Below are positions 25,705 to 36,216 of a stretch of DNA of 47,739 bases, piece by piece. Origin of the DNA: Chara braunii (Eukaryota > Plantae > Charophyceae); contig BFEA01000030.1 in the NCBI GenBank assembly GCA_003427395.1, positions 2,639,299 through 2,687,037 on the forward strand. Reading direction: 5' to 3'. The notes beneath the pieces were generated by a model that saw only the letters and a list, made by a program, of their open reading frames with translations, did no database searches and had not been told where the DNA came from. A program made the translations under genes and the position numbers. The first letter of the stretch is position 1, and each line of letters starts with the position of its first letter.

Positions 25705-26718
25705 CTATGTGACACCCGCGGCCTAGGCCGCGGGCATTTCGGCCGCTGCGGCCGAGATTCTCGGCCGCGGCTGCGGCCAATGCGGCCCAGTCTGCGGCCC
25801 GGTTTTTCAATATTTTTTTTCTCCTCCTAAAAATACGTAAAAAAAAAAACAAAAATATGGGGGTGTAGGGCTTGAAAAACCCTACACTCCTATATTCATT
25901 TTTTTGGAATCCGACTTTGTTTAAAATTTTAAAAAAATCAAAAACTAAAATCGATAAAAAAAATAAAATAAAAATAAAAATAAAGAAAAGCAGGAATTTT
26001 TTTTTGCCATTTTTTATCATGAGATATATGGTCCCTGAGTACACCTGTATTTTTTTTTGAATTGGATTTTTGTTTTTTGCAGGGAAATAAGGTGTTTTAA
26101 AAAAATAAAGATTCAAAATTAAAAAAGAAGAAAAAGAAAAAAATGTTTGATTGATTGATTGATTGATTGATTGAGTGAGTGTTATTGTGTGTGTGTGTGT
26201 GTGTTGTGTGTGTGTGTGTGTGNNNNNNNNNNNNNNNNNNNNNNNNNNNNNNNNNNNNNNNNNNNNNNNNNNNNNNNNNNNNNNNNNNNNNNNNNNNNNN
26301 NNNNNNNNNNNNNNNNNNNNNNNNNNNNNNNNNNNNNNNNNNNNNNNNNNNNNNNNNNNNNNNNNNNNNNNNNNNNNNNNNNNNNNNNNNNNNNNNNNNN
26401 NNNNNNNNNNNNNNNNNNNNNNNNNNNNNNNNNNNNNNNNNNNNNNNNNNNNNNNNNNNNNNNNNNNNNNNNNNNNNNNNNNNNNNNNNNNNNNNNNNNN
26501 NNNNNNNNNNNNNNNNNNNNNNNNNNNNNNNNNNNNNNNNNNNNNNNNNNNNNNNNNNNNNNNNNNNNNNNNNNNNNNNNNNNNNNNNNNNNNNNNNNNN
26601 NNNNNNNNNNNNNNNNNNNNNNNNNNNNNNNNNNNNNNNNNNNNNNNNNNNNNNNNNNNNNNNNNNNNNNNNNNNNNNNNNNNNNNNNNNNNAAAAAAAA
26701 AAAATCAATCGATCAATT

Positions 26719-26749
<31 letters not shown>

Positions 26750-26750
26750 T

Positions 26751-26781
<31 letters not shown>

Positions 26782-27103
26782 TAATCAATCAATCAATCGA
26801 TCAATCAAAAAAAAAAAATCAATCCATCAATCAATCAAATTTGTCTTTTCTAATTTTTTTTTTTTTTTAACATATCAAAAATCACCCCCCCCGAAATTTT
26901 TGATTTTTTTTTTTTTTTGCCGTAGGCCTGCAGCGGTCGACGTGCGCAGGCCAACCGCGCGCGCAGATGTCGAGGGCGCGCGCCCGCCTGCGCGTGGCAC
27001 AGCCGCGCGCGGACTCGGCCGAGCGACCTCGGCCGCGGGCCTGCGGCCTAGGATCCTGGCCGCGGACTCCGATCCTGCGGCCGCGGCCTAGGGTTTCACG
27101 TAG
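25705..27103. mobile_element. Non-autonomous TIR DNA transposon with 8-bp TSD, inserted in gag
   Basis: TSD ccgtgtct at 25697-25704 and 27104-27111. TIRs ctatgtgacaccc / gggtttcacgtag match 11/13. Subtermini are rich in gcggcc, and the AT-rich core has (TG)n and (TCAA)n around an N-gap. Removing it restores LDEIDTVAPLRRTLMQ. Confidence 0.9.
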
Positions 27104-29531
27104 CCGTGTCTATCTCATCTAGGGTGCATTTCATTTCGAACTTTTTGAGCCCCCTTTTCTTAGGCGATTTGGGTGATGTGGGCTCTTCCTTCTTCTCCTC
27201 TACTGCTTTGGCATTGGCCATTGGTTGGTCGTTGTCACCGTTCCTTACCCCCGTACCCTCCGTCACGCTTTCTTGACTCTCGGACGTCTTGGCCCCGACC
27301 TGCGTTCTCACCCTTAGGCAAGGCCTCTCTTCCTCGGGCTGGGTCTCTATGAACTTGATGCTTGACACCTGGGGTTCCCTAATGGACACCCCCCCGGATG
27401 ACTCCGTCATTTGGATATGGGATGTGTTGGAGGAGCTCCCCATTTCTGGTTTCTTCCCCAGCCTAGCCTCCTGGAGGGCCATCCTCTTGTCCACGTTTAC
27501 CTTCATTGATGGGTAAAAGGAGACCACCTCTCCGCTATCTCCCCACACAACCCACTTGTTGTCATTCAGCTTGACCACCCCCAACCTTAAAGCCTCCGTG
27601 AGATAAGGGCAGTCCCTTTTGATGTGATTTTCTTCATTGCAGTAGACACACCCGCTCCGAGCTTGCAGGTTGTTGGGACGCGGACCCCCTTGCGTCGTCG
27701 CTGCTGTAGGCGCAGGAGGAGCCGGTGGCGGTGGCGCTGGTGGTGGTGGCGCCCTAACCTCAGCCCGTGGCCCATAAGTCCTTGCTTGAGGGGTGTCTCC
27801 CCACCTTCCATCGCAAGCATCCTTCCAATGGGAATTCCCCCAATCGGAACCACGATTCCCCCCTATCTCCCGGTAGTTCCTCCTGCCTCCTTGGCCACTT
27901 GATTCGTTCCTCCATCTGGTAGGCCGTTTGCCCCACCGGGGACCAGGTGGACCCGAGGGCGGTCTATCGCTCCCTCTTGGACCATCGTTCCGCGTGCCCC
28001 GCATGTTGCGGAGTGCCATGTCCAAGGTCTCGTTCATGTACTCCCTCACATCCACTCCTCCCTCTGTGAAAACTACCTCGGCGACTTTCTCGAAATTGGT
28101 AGAATCCCTCGGGGCCTTTTCAAGGACCTCTTTCCTCTTTTCCTCGGGTAGGTGCAGCATGAACATTACGCACCTATCCACTTCAGACAACATCCCCAGG
28201 CTTGGGACAGGCCACCAAGCTCTCCCGTTCCCCCCTTGTAATTCAACGCAAACCCTCCACGGTAGGGATCAGATCATCACAGGCGAAAGTCCGCTGAAGG
28301 TCCTCCACCGCCCATCTGCGGGGTAGATAGCCCGGATTGCTGGGGTCTAACTCGGGGTCCGAGGCTGGATGAAATAGTCAATCCACTCCCTTTCGGAGAA
28401 TCTCTTCCGGTAAGCATAGCTTTCTCATTTCTCTACGAATTCCGTTATGTCACTTCCGTCGAAAAAAAGTGCCTCCAGACCCAGGTTGACGTCGTAGTAG
28501 GGAACTCGTCTGTCGTCGTATCGACGAAAATAGGGTCCTTCCATTGGCCCATCGATCGTCGGGTCGTATGGCTTGTACCACGAGGGATCCGACTCCTGTA
28601 CCCGTGCCTGGGGTCTTGGCGGCCCCCAGGGGTCTTCCCCGTAGCGGCCCCGCTCATTCGGCCAATCCGTCTCCCACCGAGCGTGGTCCTGCCCCCTAAA
28701 GCCTCTCCAGGCTTCCACCCCCTGACTTTTGCCCGTTATCTCGCCGGAAGCCCACGCACCATCTGATTCTCTTTCGACACACCTTCGTGGCCTACTACTA
28801 CCAGCCTCCGCTGGCCTCTCGTCCCTAAGGTCCCCTCTACTCGGTCCTCCTTCTTCCCTCCTGGGTGGTCTGTACCCTACCCTATCTCTTGGAAACTCTA
28901 GAGCCTCTCCCATCCTTGCGTCCGGTAAATCCGCCCACCGAGACTCCATAGGAAGGCCCCTCGAGCCTTCAACCGCCCTTTCTCTCGCCGGCATTCGCAT
29001 TTCCGTGGCAACTCTTTGTCCTACTAAAGCCTGCCTCTCACCCGTGACGGCCTCCGAGATCCTTTCGACCCATCTCCGTGGCCTGCCGCCGGCCTCTGCC
29101 GACCTCCCTTCTCTTAAGTCCCTCCTGTCCTGACACTCCTCTTCCTCCCTCCTAAGTGGTCGATACCCCTGTCTATCTCTAGGAAATTCCCGCGCTTCCT
29201 CTATCCTTGCTTCCGCGTCCATTAGGTCCGCCCACCGGGATTCCACCGGAACGCCTCTTGCGGCTTCGGTGACCCCTTCGTTTACCGGCACCCGCGGCCC
29301 TAGATCCCTGTGCACTTGCACTTCCGTGCCAGCTCTTTGCCCCTCCAAGGCCTGTCTTTCTCCCGAAGCCATTTCCGGACCCCCCTCGGCCATATCTAGC
29401 GTTTCTGTTCCTTCCGTCATTTCTTCCACCACCCTACTTAGCCTAGCTCCCAACTCGGGGCTCTTCACTAACCCCCTTCTTTCGGCGGTTTCCGGCGGAC
29501 TAGAGAGACCAACCTCTACTTCACTCTCCAT
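27104..29531 (-). pseudogene. gag: gag (disrupted)
   Basis: LFFDGSDITEFVEK capsid-like start and zinc knuckle CVYCNEENHIKRDC. Stops and a frameshift lie at ~28195-28425. The long N-terminal extension contains a ~100-aa duplication. Confidence 0.88.
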
Positions 29532-29550
29532 GCAACCCTATTGGCAATTT

Positions 29551-30441
29551 TTAGTCACTTCCCTCAGTGCCCTCACTATCGTCTGCGTTATCTCCCGGCT
29601 CGTCCCCCTCACTATTGCCCGTGCTATCTTCCGAGTCCTCTTCCTCCTCCGATCCCCCCTTCTCTTCACTAGAATCCTCGTTAGCACTCCCTTCTTCCGA
29701 TTCCTCGCTGGTCACAGTCCACCAAGAATCTCTCAGTTTTTTCTCCTCGCTAGCGGCCAATGCAAGATTCGCGATCTCTAGGTCCGAGATGCCCCTAATC
29801 CCTTCTTGCGCACACCTCCTAATCAAATCCCTGTCCACATCACCTGCTTGTCCGGAGAACAGGGGCTTGATGACCTCCCCTACGCTCGCCCACCACTCGA
29901 AGTCGGTGTCCTCTCTCGATTCCCAGCACTGGGTGAATAATTCGTGCCCCCCTTCTTCTCCTAAAGGAAATTTCTTTATTACCTGCCCCGTAAGTCGAAC
30001 CTTCCTTACAGTCGCGTCGTCGACGTAGAGCAGGTAAGCCCAGGTTGAAATTTCCCAAGTTCTCCCGTGGGCGGCCCTCGGAACTTCTGATCTCTTTCCG
30101 TATTCCACTCTATCGACTACGCGCCCCTCGCCGCCTCTTAACCTCCTCACTCGGTCCAGGGCCTCGCGGGCAATGCCCAGAGGGTCCTTTCCTTCTGCTA
30201 ATTCAGTCGCAAAGATTAATCGGTTATCGGGGGACAAAAAAATCTTTGCTTTCCTAGTGCAGTTGTCCCCCTCAGATGCCACTGAGAACCTGACCACTGT
30301 CTCTTGCCCGTAGATTTCGAAGAACTCAGTAGTCACCACTCCTTCCCCTCTAACCCTAGGGAGGGTTACTCCATACTTCTCTCCCGTCTTCCAACCCCTA
30401 TCAAAGGTACCGTAAGGGTCCCCCCTGTCGTATCTAATCAT
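29551..30441 (-). CDS. Accessory ORF G, 296 aa, family II, acidic tail, intact
   Basis: Open ATG-to-TAA frame. It aligns with ORF F (TGEKYGVTLPRVR/TGEVVSVTLPRAR; VRFSVASEG/IRFAVSREG; KIFLSPD/RIFLSKE). Confidence 0.75.
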   Translation of the reverse strand: MIRYDRGDPYGTFDRGWKTGEKYGVTLPRVRGEGVVTTEFFEIYGQETVVRFSVASEGDNCTRKAKIFLSPDNRLIFATELAEGKDPLGIAREALDRVRRLRGGEGRVVDRVEYGKRSEVPRAAHGRTWEISTWAYLLYVDDATVRKVRLTGQVIKKFPLGEEGGHELFTQCWESREDTDFEWWASVGEVIKPLFSGQAGDVDRDLIRRCAQEGIRGISDLEIANLALAASEEKKLRDSWWTVTSEESEEGSANEDSSEEKGGSEEEEDSEDSTGNSEGDEPGDNADDSEGTEGSD

Positions 30442-30448
30442 AGGAGCC

Positions 30449-30925
30449 TCACCTCACGCCTTCCAACCTTGCGGCGGCCTCGACCAACGAGTCCTCGCAC
30501 TTAGCACGACCGGTCTCTTCGTCCCCTCGCAGAGTTTGGCGCAAAGCCTCCTCGTACTCTCCCGTTCTATCCCAAAATCGGGTCTCCACAAGGTATGTCC
30601 TAAACGTCAGCGGCGTTCCTAGATACCTAGATTCCTCCTCGAATCTTCTTTCTACTTCCAACAAAGGCTCCCTCCAAGCCCTCGAGAAACTTATGCCACC
30701 CGCGTCTCTAATGTGGACTGAAAAGGTAGCTAGCGTGGTCCAGCTCCTTCTTTTCTACAAGGCCAGCCGTCGGACCTCCACTAGAAATTCCGTCTCGGCG
30801 CGGACCACTCGGTCCTCCCCCAATTCCGGGTTAAGCTCCACACTCCCCTCGACCCTAACTTCGCTACCGTCCTCGTAGGTCTCCAATTCCCAACGAATCC
30901 TATTGGAGACGAACGAAGCTCTCAT
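30449..30925 (-). pseudogene. Accessory ORF H2, ~158 aa, one internal stop
   Basis: ATG at 30925 (MRASFVSNRIRWELETYEDG...) is in frame with ORF 30449-30664. It ends 7 nt before the ATG of ORF G. Confidence 0.55.
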
Positions 30926-30929
30926 CCCC

Positions 30930-31117
30930 TCACCTCGCGAGAAGATCTATCGTTACCTCGTCGAGGATAGCGATGGCCCTGTCTCAAGTAGCTTGATCCT
31001 AGCTAAGGACCCAGGCCTAGCCCTCCTTTCTTCCTCCCAGCACAGAGCGAGGATCCGGTGAACTTCTTCTCTTACTCTCCCCAATCCCTCAAGCTGCTCA
31101 AGGTCTGGCTCGGTCAT
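30930..31117 (-). pseudogene. Small accessory ORF H1, ~62 aa, one frameshift
   Basis: MTEPDLEQLEGLGRVREEVHRILALCWEEE.../DRAIAILDEVTIDLLAR*. It overlaps the stop of ORF F and ends 4 nt before H2. Confidence 0.4.
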
Positions 31118-31856
31118 CACCTAACTTCCGTCGTCGACACACAATTGCTATCCAAATCAAATCTGAGGGGTCCAATCCCGATAGCTCCCCCTCGCAGATC
31201 TTACCCAAGTACCTCCACGATATCGTAGACTCCCTAGCTTGTCGACCCCACCCTTCGAAGGCGTAACCCAGGTCCTCTAGAGTCAACCAATCGTCTCTAT
31301 AGGGATCCCGAAAACACCAGGCCAACAAAGTATGGAGGTCCGACCCTGTGAACCGAAACTGGCTCAGGATGGAAATCCTTCTCTCTACCGCCCTCTTAAC
31401 AGCCTCTGAGGGGTAGATTCTTTCAAAAATGAAACAGGGAACTCCCACCGGCTCACTGGAAGCGAACCGCGGTATCTCTTCCCAACCCTCGTAGGTCACT
31501 CGATATTCCTCGTCGCACCGTTCGCGAGGTCTTAACTTCTTTACTAATTCTCCTAGTCGGCCTCTCACGACTCGAGCGTCCCAGAGAGGGTCCTACCTAG
31601 TCCGTAAGCTACGTGCTATCTCAACAAGGCCTTCCTTCGAAAGGAATATTCGGGGGTCTCCAACTATGACCCTCCCCTCGCGACTCACCGCAAATCGTAT
31701 GAAAGCCTTACCGCGCCGGATCTCCCCTTCTTCTCGCAGGTGAGTCCTAGTTGGCTCAGTCAATCTGGCCCTAGGCAGAGTGACACTGACAACCTCCCCG
31801 GTATCCTCTACGGGTTTTATGGACGCCCAGAGAGTTATCGGTATCCCCTTTATCAT
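31098..31856 (-). pseudogene. Accessory ORF F, ~252 aa, family II, one internal stop
   Basis: ORFs 31593-31856 and 31098-31568 are in one frame. Its ATG overlaps the stop of ORF E as ATGA at 31853-31856. Confidence 0.7.
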
Positions 31857-32953
31857 CTGCCCTCGAAACCCCGTCGGTTAGCCACCTGCTCTTCTCCGAA
31901 GAGGCGGGCGTACGGAACGTCTGTGATGAGCGATCGGAGTCCCTCAAACTCTCTCAGCCTCCCGAATATTGCGGACAACTCACTTGTCGGGGGAATCCCC
32001 GCGTCCACGCACCGAGTATAAAGCCAGAACAAACCCCTAGCCCGCACCCCGGATTCTTGAGCCGCTCTAAGCACTGCTACTACACTCTCTTATGGGTCTC
32101 TTAGGAACAAATTGGCCACGAACTGGGGTAGGTTAGCGTGGAGGACCCCAGATGGGCGAGGGACCTCTCCAGGCTCGGCGAAGGATACTAGTGACCACGA
32201 CTCAAAAGTTTCTTCTTCGTAGTCAACCAACACAAGGTTGTTCGCCAATAGCCTCGCAGATTCCCGGTACTCAAAATGTGTCAGTCGCCCGGTCACCAAA
32301 CCCCTCCAAACTTCGGTCCACCCCTCTTCGTTGAGAAAAATTGTAGCCCGAATCTCCAGGAAACGACCGAGGTCGGGTGGGCCTCCTCTTTCCACACCTT
32401 CCTTCCAAGTGAGTCTTCGAGCTCGAACCCAGACGTAGGCCCCTTCTCTGANNNNNNNNNNNNNNNNNNNNNNNNNNNNNNNNNNNNNNNNNNNNNNNNN
32501 NNNNNNNNNNNNNNNNNNNNNNNNNNNNNNNNNNNNNNNNNNNNNNNNNNNNNNNNNNNNNNNNNNNNNNNNNNNNNNNNNNNNNNNNNNNNNNNNNNNN
32601 NNNNNNNNNNNNNNNNNNNNNNNNNNNNNNNNNNNNNNNNNNNNNNNNNNNNNNNNNNNNNNNNNNNNNNNNNNNNNNNNNNNNNNNNNNNNNNNNNNNN
32701 NNNNNNNNNNNNNNNNNNNNNNNNNNNNNNNNNNNNNNNNNNNNNNNNNNNNNNNNNNNNNNNNNNNNNNNNNNNNNNNNNNNNNNNNNNNNNNNNNNNN
32801 NNNNNNNNNNNNNNNNNNNNNNNNNNCCACGCTCATCCAATAAGGGGTCACTCGAGGGTCTCCCGGAATCAAGACTTTACTCGCGTCACTGGCCTCTATC
32901 GATTCCACCGCTCCGTTCTCGTTGAGCACGAACCCGCTGTCTTGAAAACCCAC
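31853..32953 (-). pseudogene. Accessory ORF E, family II, with N-gap and one internal stop
   Basis: LEIRATIFLNEEGWTEVWRGLVTG ... GLFWLYTRCVDAGIPP. ORFs 32090-32953 and 31853-32074 are in frame. Confidence 0.65.
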
Positions 32954-33591
32954 TGATGGTATCTCTCCGGTGAAAGAGTGAAGGGTTTTTCTAGAGACCC
33001 CAATCTCCTAAAAACGCCCTAAAGCTTCCTGCGTGGAGGGACACCCCGATCGATGCAGTGTGTGTACAGTGTCCACAGGCCCTGGAAGGGTAACCCAGAC
33101 TCCTGCCCCTTTTCTAGAAGCTTTACTATCTTTCCTTTGTCAGTCCCTTCAAACAGGAAAGACGGCACTCTCACCGTTAACGGATAGCAAACCCTTGGAA
33201 GCTCTTTCTCTCCCGCGAACCTTTCCTTCTCTATAGCCACAAACGCAAATCGCTCCCGAACCCTATTTATCCATTCTTCTCTTATCTCCCTCGCTTCTCG
33301 TAACAACCTATCCAACCCACCCCCTTGTCCCAGGACCAGGGGCACAATGATCTTCGCCCAAGCCTCGGGGGCTACGAAGATAACAGCGGTCACCTTGAGA
33401 CACCTCTCACCCCCTCGGCCCTCTACCTCTTTTGACTCTATCCACACGAACTCTCTGCTCACGGTGGCCTTACCTCCTTCTATCCTTTCCTAGTCGGGAA
33501 CCTCCCTGTTACTAGGGATCAATCTAAGGGTCTCACCTCCTTCCATGGATGACTCGACAAAGCGTCCCTATTTTCCGTCGTGGAACACCAT
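32896..33591 (-). pseudogene. Accessory ORF D, ~231 aa, family II, three internal TAG stops
   Basis: ATG at 33591 (MVFHDG...), 4 nt after the stop of ORF C. LKVTAVIFVAPEAWAKIIVPLVLG ... GLWTLYTHCIDRGVPP. Confidence 0.65.
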
Positions 33592-33595
33592 TCAT

Positions 33596-34339
33596 TTAAA
33601 ACATTGTCTGAGGTACCCCGAAGATCCTCTGGTAGCCGTAATCTCGCGCACCCTCGCGATCCCGAGTTGACTCTCTAAAGATCCCCGCGTGAATCCTACA
33701 GACCTTGATCCCGTATGGTACCGGGTTATCCACGCAATAGGTATAGTACCAATGAAGCGACCTAACGGAGAGTTTCCACCCTCTCTCTCGCACTATGGAC
33801 CGCACAACCCTCTCGTACCGCTCCTCCTTCCCGCTCACGCTTCGAAAAACGAACGACGGGAAAATGGCTCTGATGCACCCTGTGGCGCGAGGGTACTCCT
33901 CGTCTCGTGCGCAGGTCACCCTTACCTCAACAGGTGGGCATTGTCTAAGGGGTTCCGCCTAAAAAATCTGCCTCAAAATCGGACCCGCTCGTGCCTCCCA
34001 ATGATCCGCACGATACCAACCCAGGACCAAGTGAGTGATGTAATCGACCCAGGCCTCCTTACTCAAATAGACAGTCCCTTCCGCACGGATCACTGTTCGC
34101 TTGGGTCTCTTCCCGTTCTGGGGCCTCTTTCGGGACCACCTATCCCCTTCCCAGGTTCCTACCGCGAAACGAGCCCAAAGAAAAACCCCTCGTTCGATCT
34201 CTAACCCCCTCTCGCGCCCGGTTAGATACCTCTCGGTGCGATGGTCTAAAGGGACGCTAAAACACTCCCTGTCTTTGCTTAAATCTGCTTTCTCGATCAG
34301 AACCCCTTCTTCTTCAGTACCCTCTATAATCATAACCAT
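33596..34339 (-). pseudogene. Accessory ORF C, ~247 aa, family II, one internal stop
   Basis: ORFs 33959-34339 and 33596-33919 are in frame. VIRAEGTVYLSKEAWVDYITHLVLG ... SLHWYYTYCVDNPVP. Confidence 0.7.
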
Positions 34340-34697
34340 CCTCTTGGACTATCTCTTCTATGATTTGAACTAGCGCTCTCCACCCGTCCAATCCGTCTAG
34401 GAAGGTTTCCGGAATAGTAGGGACAGGCCTACCCCCTCGTGAATACGTCCTACACCCCAACGAGTAGAAGTAGTTAATCTTGTAAGCCCCCAACAGTTGT
34501 CTCTCGAGCTGTGCGTGACCGACCGCTTCCTCCCAGCTATCCAAATATCCTGCCTCTCTATCAACACCCTCTTCCACGTACAAGGCTATGTCGAAGTGGC
34601 CGGTCCACCAGTAGAAGGTATAGCACCACATGTCTATCCCGCCTCGATCACCTACACTAATTCTTGCAGGTTCAAACTCCAAAGGCCTCAAGCTCAT
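34314..34697 (-). CDS. Accessory ORF B, ~127 aa, family I, intact
   Basis: MSLRPLEFEPARISV..DMWCYTFYWWTGHFDIALYVEEG..YFYSLG.RTYSRGGRP. Its ATG overlaps the stop of ORF A as ATGA at 34694-34697. Confidence 0.72.
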   Translation of the reverse strand: MSLRPLEFEPARISVGDRGGIDMWCYTFYWWTGHFDIALYVEEGVDREAGYLDSWEEAVGHAQLERQLLGAYKINYFYSLGCRTYSRGGRPVPTIPETFLDGLDGWRALVQIIEEIVQEDGYDYRGY

Positions 34698-35053
34698 GGA
34701 TTCGCCGCTTTCACCACTCGCTCCACAATCCCTACTAGCACTTTCCATTCATCCGACCCATCGAGATAAGCGTCCGGAATTACCGGCGCCGGGCGACCAC
34801 CTCTGGGGTAGGTTCGGTATCCTAGAGAGTAAAAATACTTGTACCCATAACCTCTCAATTCCTCCCTCGAACCGCGGGAGTGGCCTATCGCCTCTTCCCA
34901 CCCACGAAGGAAATCCTCTCCTTGGTTTTGCCCCTCCTCTACATAGATACCCACATCAAAGTCACCGGTCCATAGTCGAAAAGAGTAACACCACACATCA
35001 ACACTTTCGTACGTACACACGCTAATCCACTCCGGAACGGCTTCTTAGCTCAT
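34694..35053 (-). pseudogene. Accessory ORF A, ~119 aa, family I, stop at codon 3
   Basis: MS*EAVPEWISV..DVWCYSFRLWTGDFDVGIYVEEG..YFYSLG.RTYPRGGRP, an end-to-end paralogue of ORF B. Confidence 0.7.
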
Positions 35054-35557
35054 GCAATATAATAAAAGGAAGATTCTCCAAGTTTCTATTTCCTTTTGGC
35101 CACTCGAGAGACCATCTCTATCCCGCAAGGAGAAGAAGCCTGTGAGCTCAGAGGGATCAAATGGACCAGAGAAGGAACGCCGTCTCACTCGGCTACTTTC
35201 CTGTCCTCCCCCGCTGAGAGACTCCTCCCCACTCCCGGCCAAGAGACTAGCCGCGAACACAGGTTATCCCCGAGGAAGGGTGGCAACCCCCTCCCCGGAG
35301 TCGGACCGAAGTCACACACCCGGGTCCTATGTCCCCCACTGAACCGACCTCTAGTCCTAAGTTAGCTTATCCGGTACCACGCCTCTACTCGCCCCACCTC
35401 AAAGCGGAATTACCTGGGTCCCAGGACAGGATCCACCTATTTATCAGAAATCACTAGCCTATCTACTCCCTCCCCATTCTCCTCATCGTGAACTCTTCGC
35501 ACTTCGTTCCCTTCTTCCTTTTCCGCCACCCGCTGCCTCTTTTATCTCTTGGAATCA

Positions 35558-35650
35558 CTGGAATTTCAAATCGGGAAAACAGAAAAAGTGCGGTGGGAAA
35601 AGTGGAGCCTTAGGAAGAGTCTCTCAGGTCGAGTTGACAAGCATACGTAC
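35558..35650 (-). other. Putative spliceosomal intron (93 nt)
   Basis: Minus strand AAG|GTACGT ... ctttttctgttttccc..TTCCAG|. Confidence 0.55.
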
Positions 35651-35659
35651 CTTGTATCT

Positions 35660-35983
35660 TCAATATTCGTTGTCATAATCCCAGTAGTCCCCCAGATCCG
35701 AGTCCGAGAAATCGGCTAGACACCGGTCTACCCAGGATTCGGCCTCCGATCCCTCATCCAAGGGCCCCCAAGTACCCCCTTCTTCTCTAATGCCCTCGCT
35801 AATAAGGGTAGGTGCGTCTCTCTCTCCCCCTCGCCCTGGTACCCGTAACACCACTCTCCTCTCCCCCAAGTCCCGAACCGGTCCCGTTTGAGAGTCCTGC
35901 TCCCTTGCGGGAGTTGGTACCGTCGTCAGCCCTCGCGGGTCGAGAACCGAAGCCCCTAATCCCTCTCTAGGACCCCCTCTCAT
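35660..35983 (-). CDS. Accessory ORF 0b, 107 aa, acidic C-terminus
   Basis: ATG at 35983 overlaps the stop of ORF 0a as ATGA. GASVLDPRG resembles GALSIWDPRG in ORF 0a. Confidence 0.5.
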   Translation of the reverse strand: MRGGPREGLGASVLDPRGLTTVPTPAREQDSQTGPVRDLGERRVVLRVPGRGGERDAPTLISEGIREEGGTWGPLDEGSEAESWVDRCLADFSDSDLGDYWDYDNEY

Positions 35984-36198
35984 GCGGGACTTTGGGTAGG
36001 TGCGCTCCACAACCTGTGTGGATCAAGAATATTTGGCGACCCTCTCGGGTCCCAAATAGATAGCGCCCCCGGACCCTCTCGGCCCCTTCTCTCTTCTCTC
36101 CCCCTCTCCCTCTCTCTCTCTTCCTCGTGAGCAGACCCCCTCACACTATTTTCCCGGACTGTTCTTCTTCCCGCCCTTTCGTTGTTCTTCACCCTCAT
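35980..36198 (-). CDS. Accessory ORF 0a, 72 aa, Arg/Glu-rich
   Basis: First ATG after the intron acceptor at 36217. Its stop is coupled to ORF 0b. Confidence 0.4.
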   Translation of the reverse strand: MRVKNNERAGRRTVRENSVRGSAHEEERERERGREERRGREGPGALSIWDPRGSPNILDPHRLWSAPTQSPA

Positions 36199-36216
36199 TG
36201 AGCCCCCTCAGGCAAA

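Noticed and set aside
26097-26784. Long ORFs made of X residues
   Set aside because: Artefacts of the N-gap and adjacent microsatellites.
29551-36198. env-like gene among the accessory ORFs
   Set aside because: The ORFs lie upstream of gag and show no clear signal peptide or long transmembrane segment.
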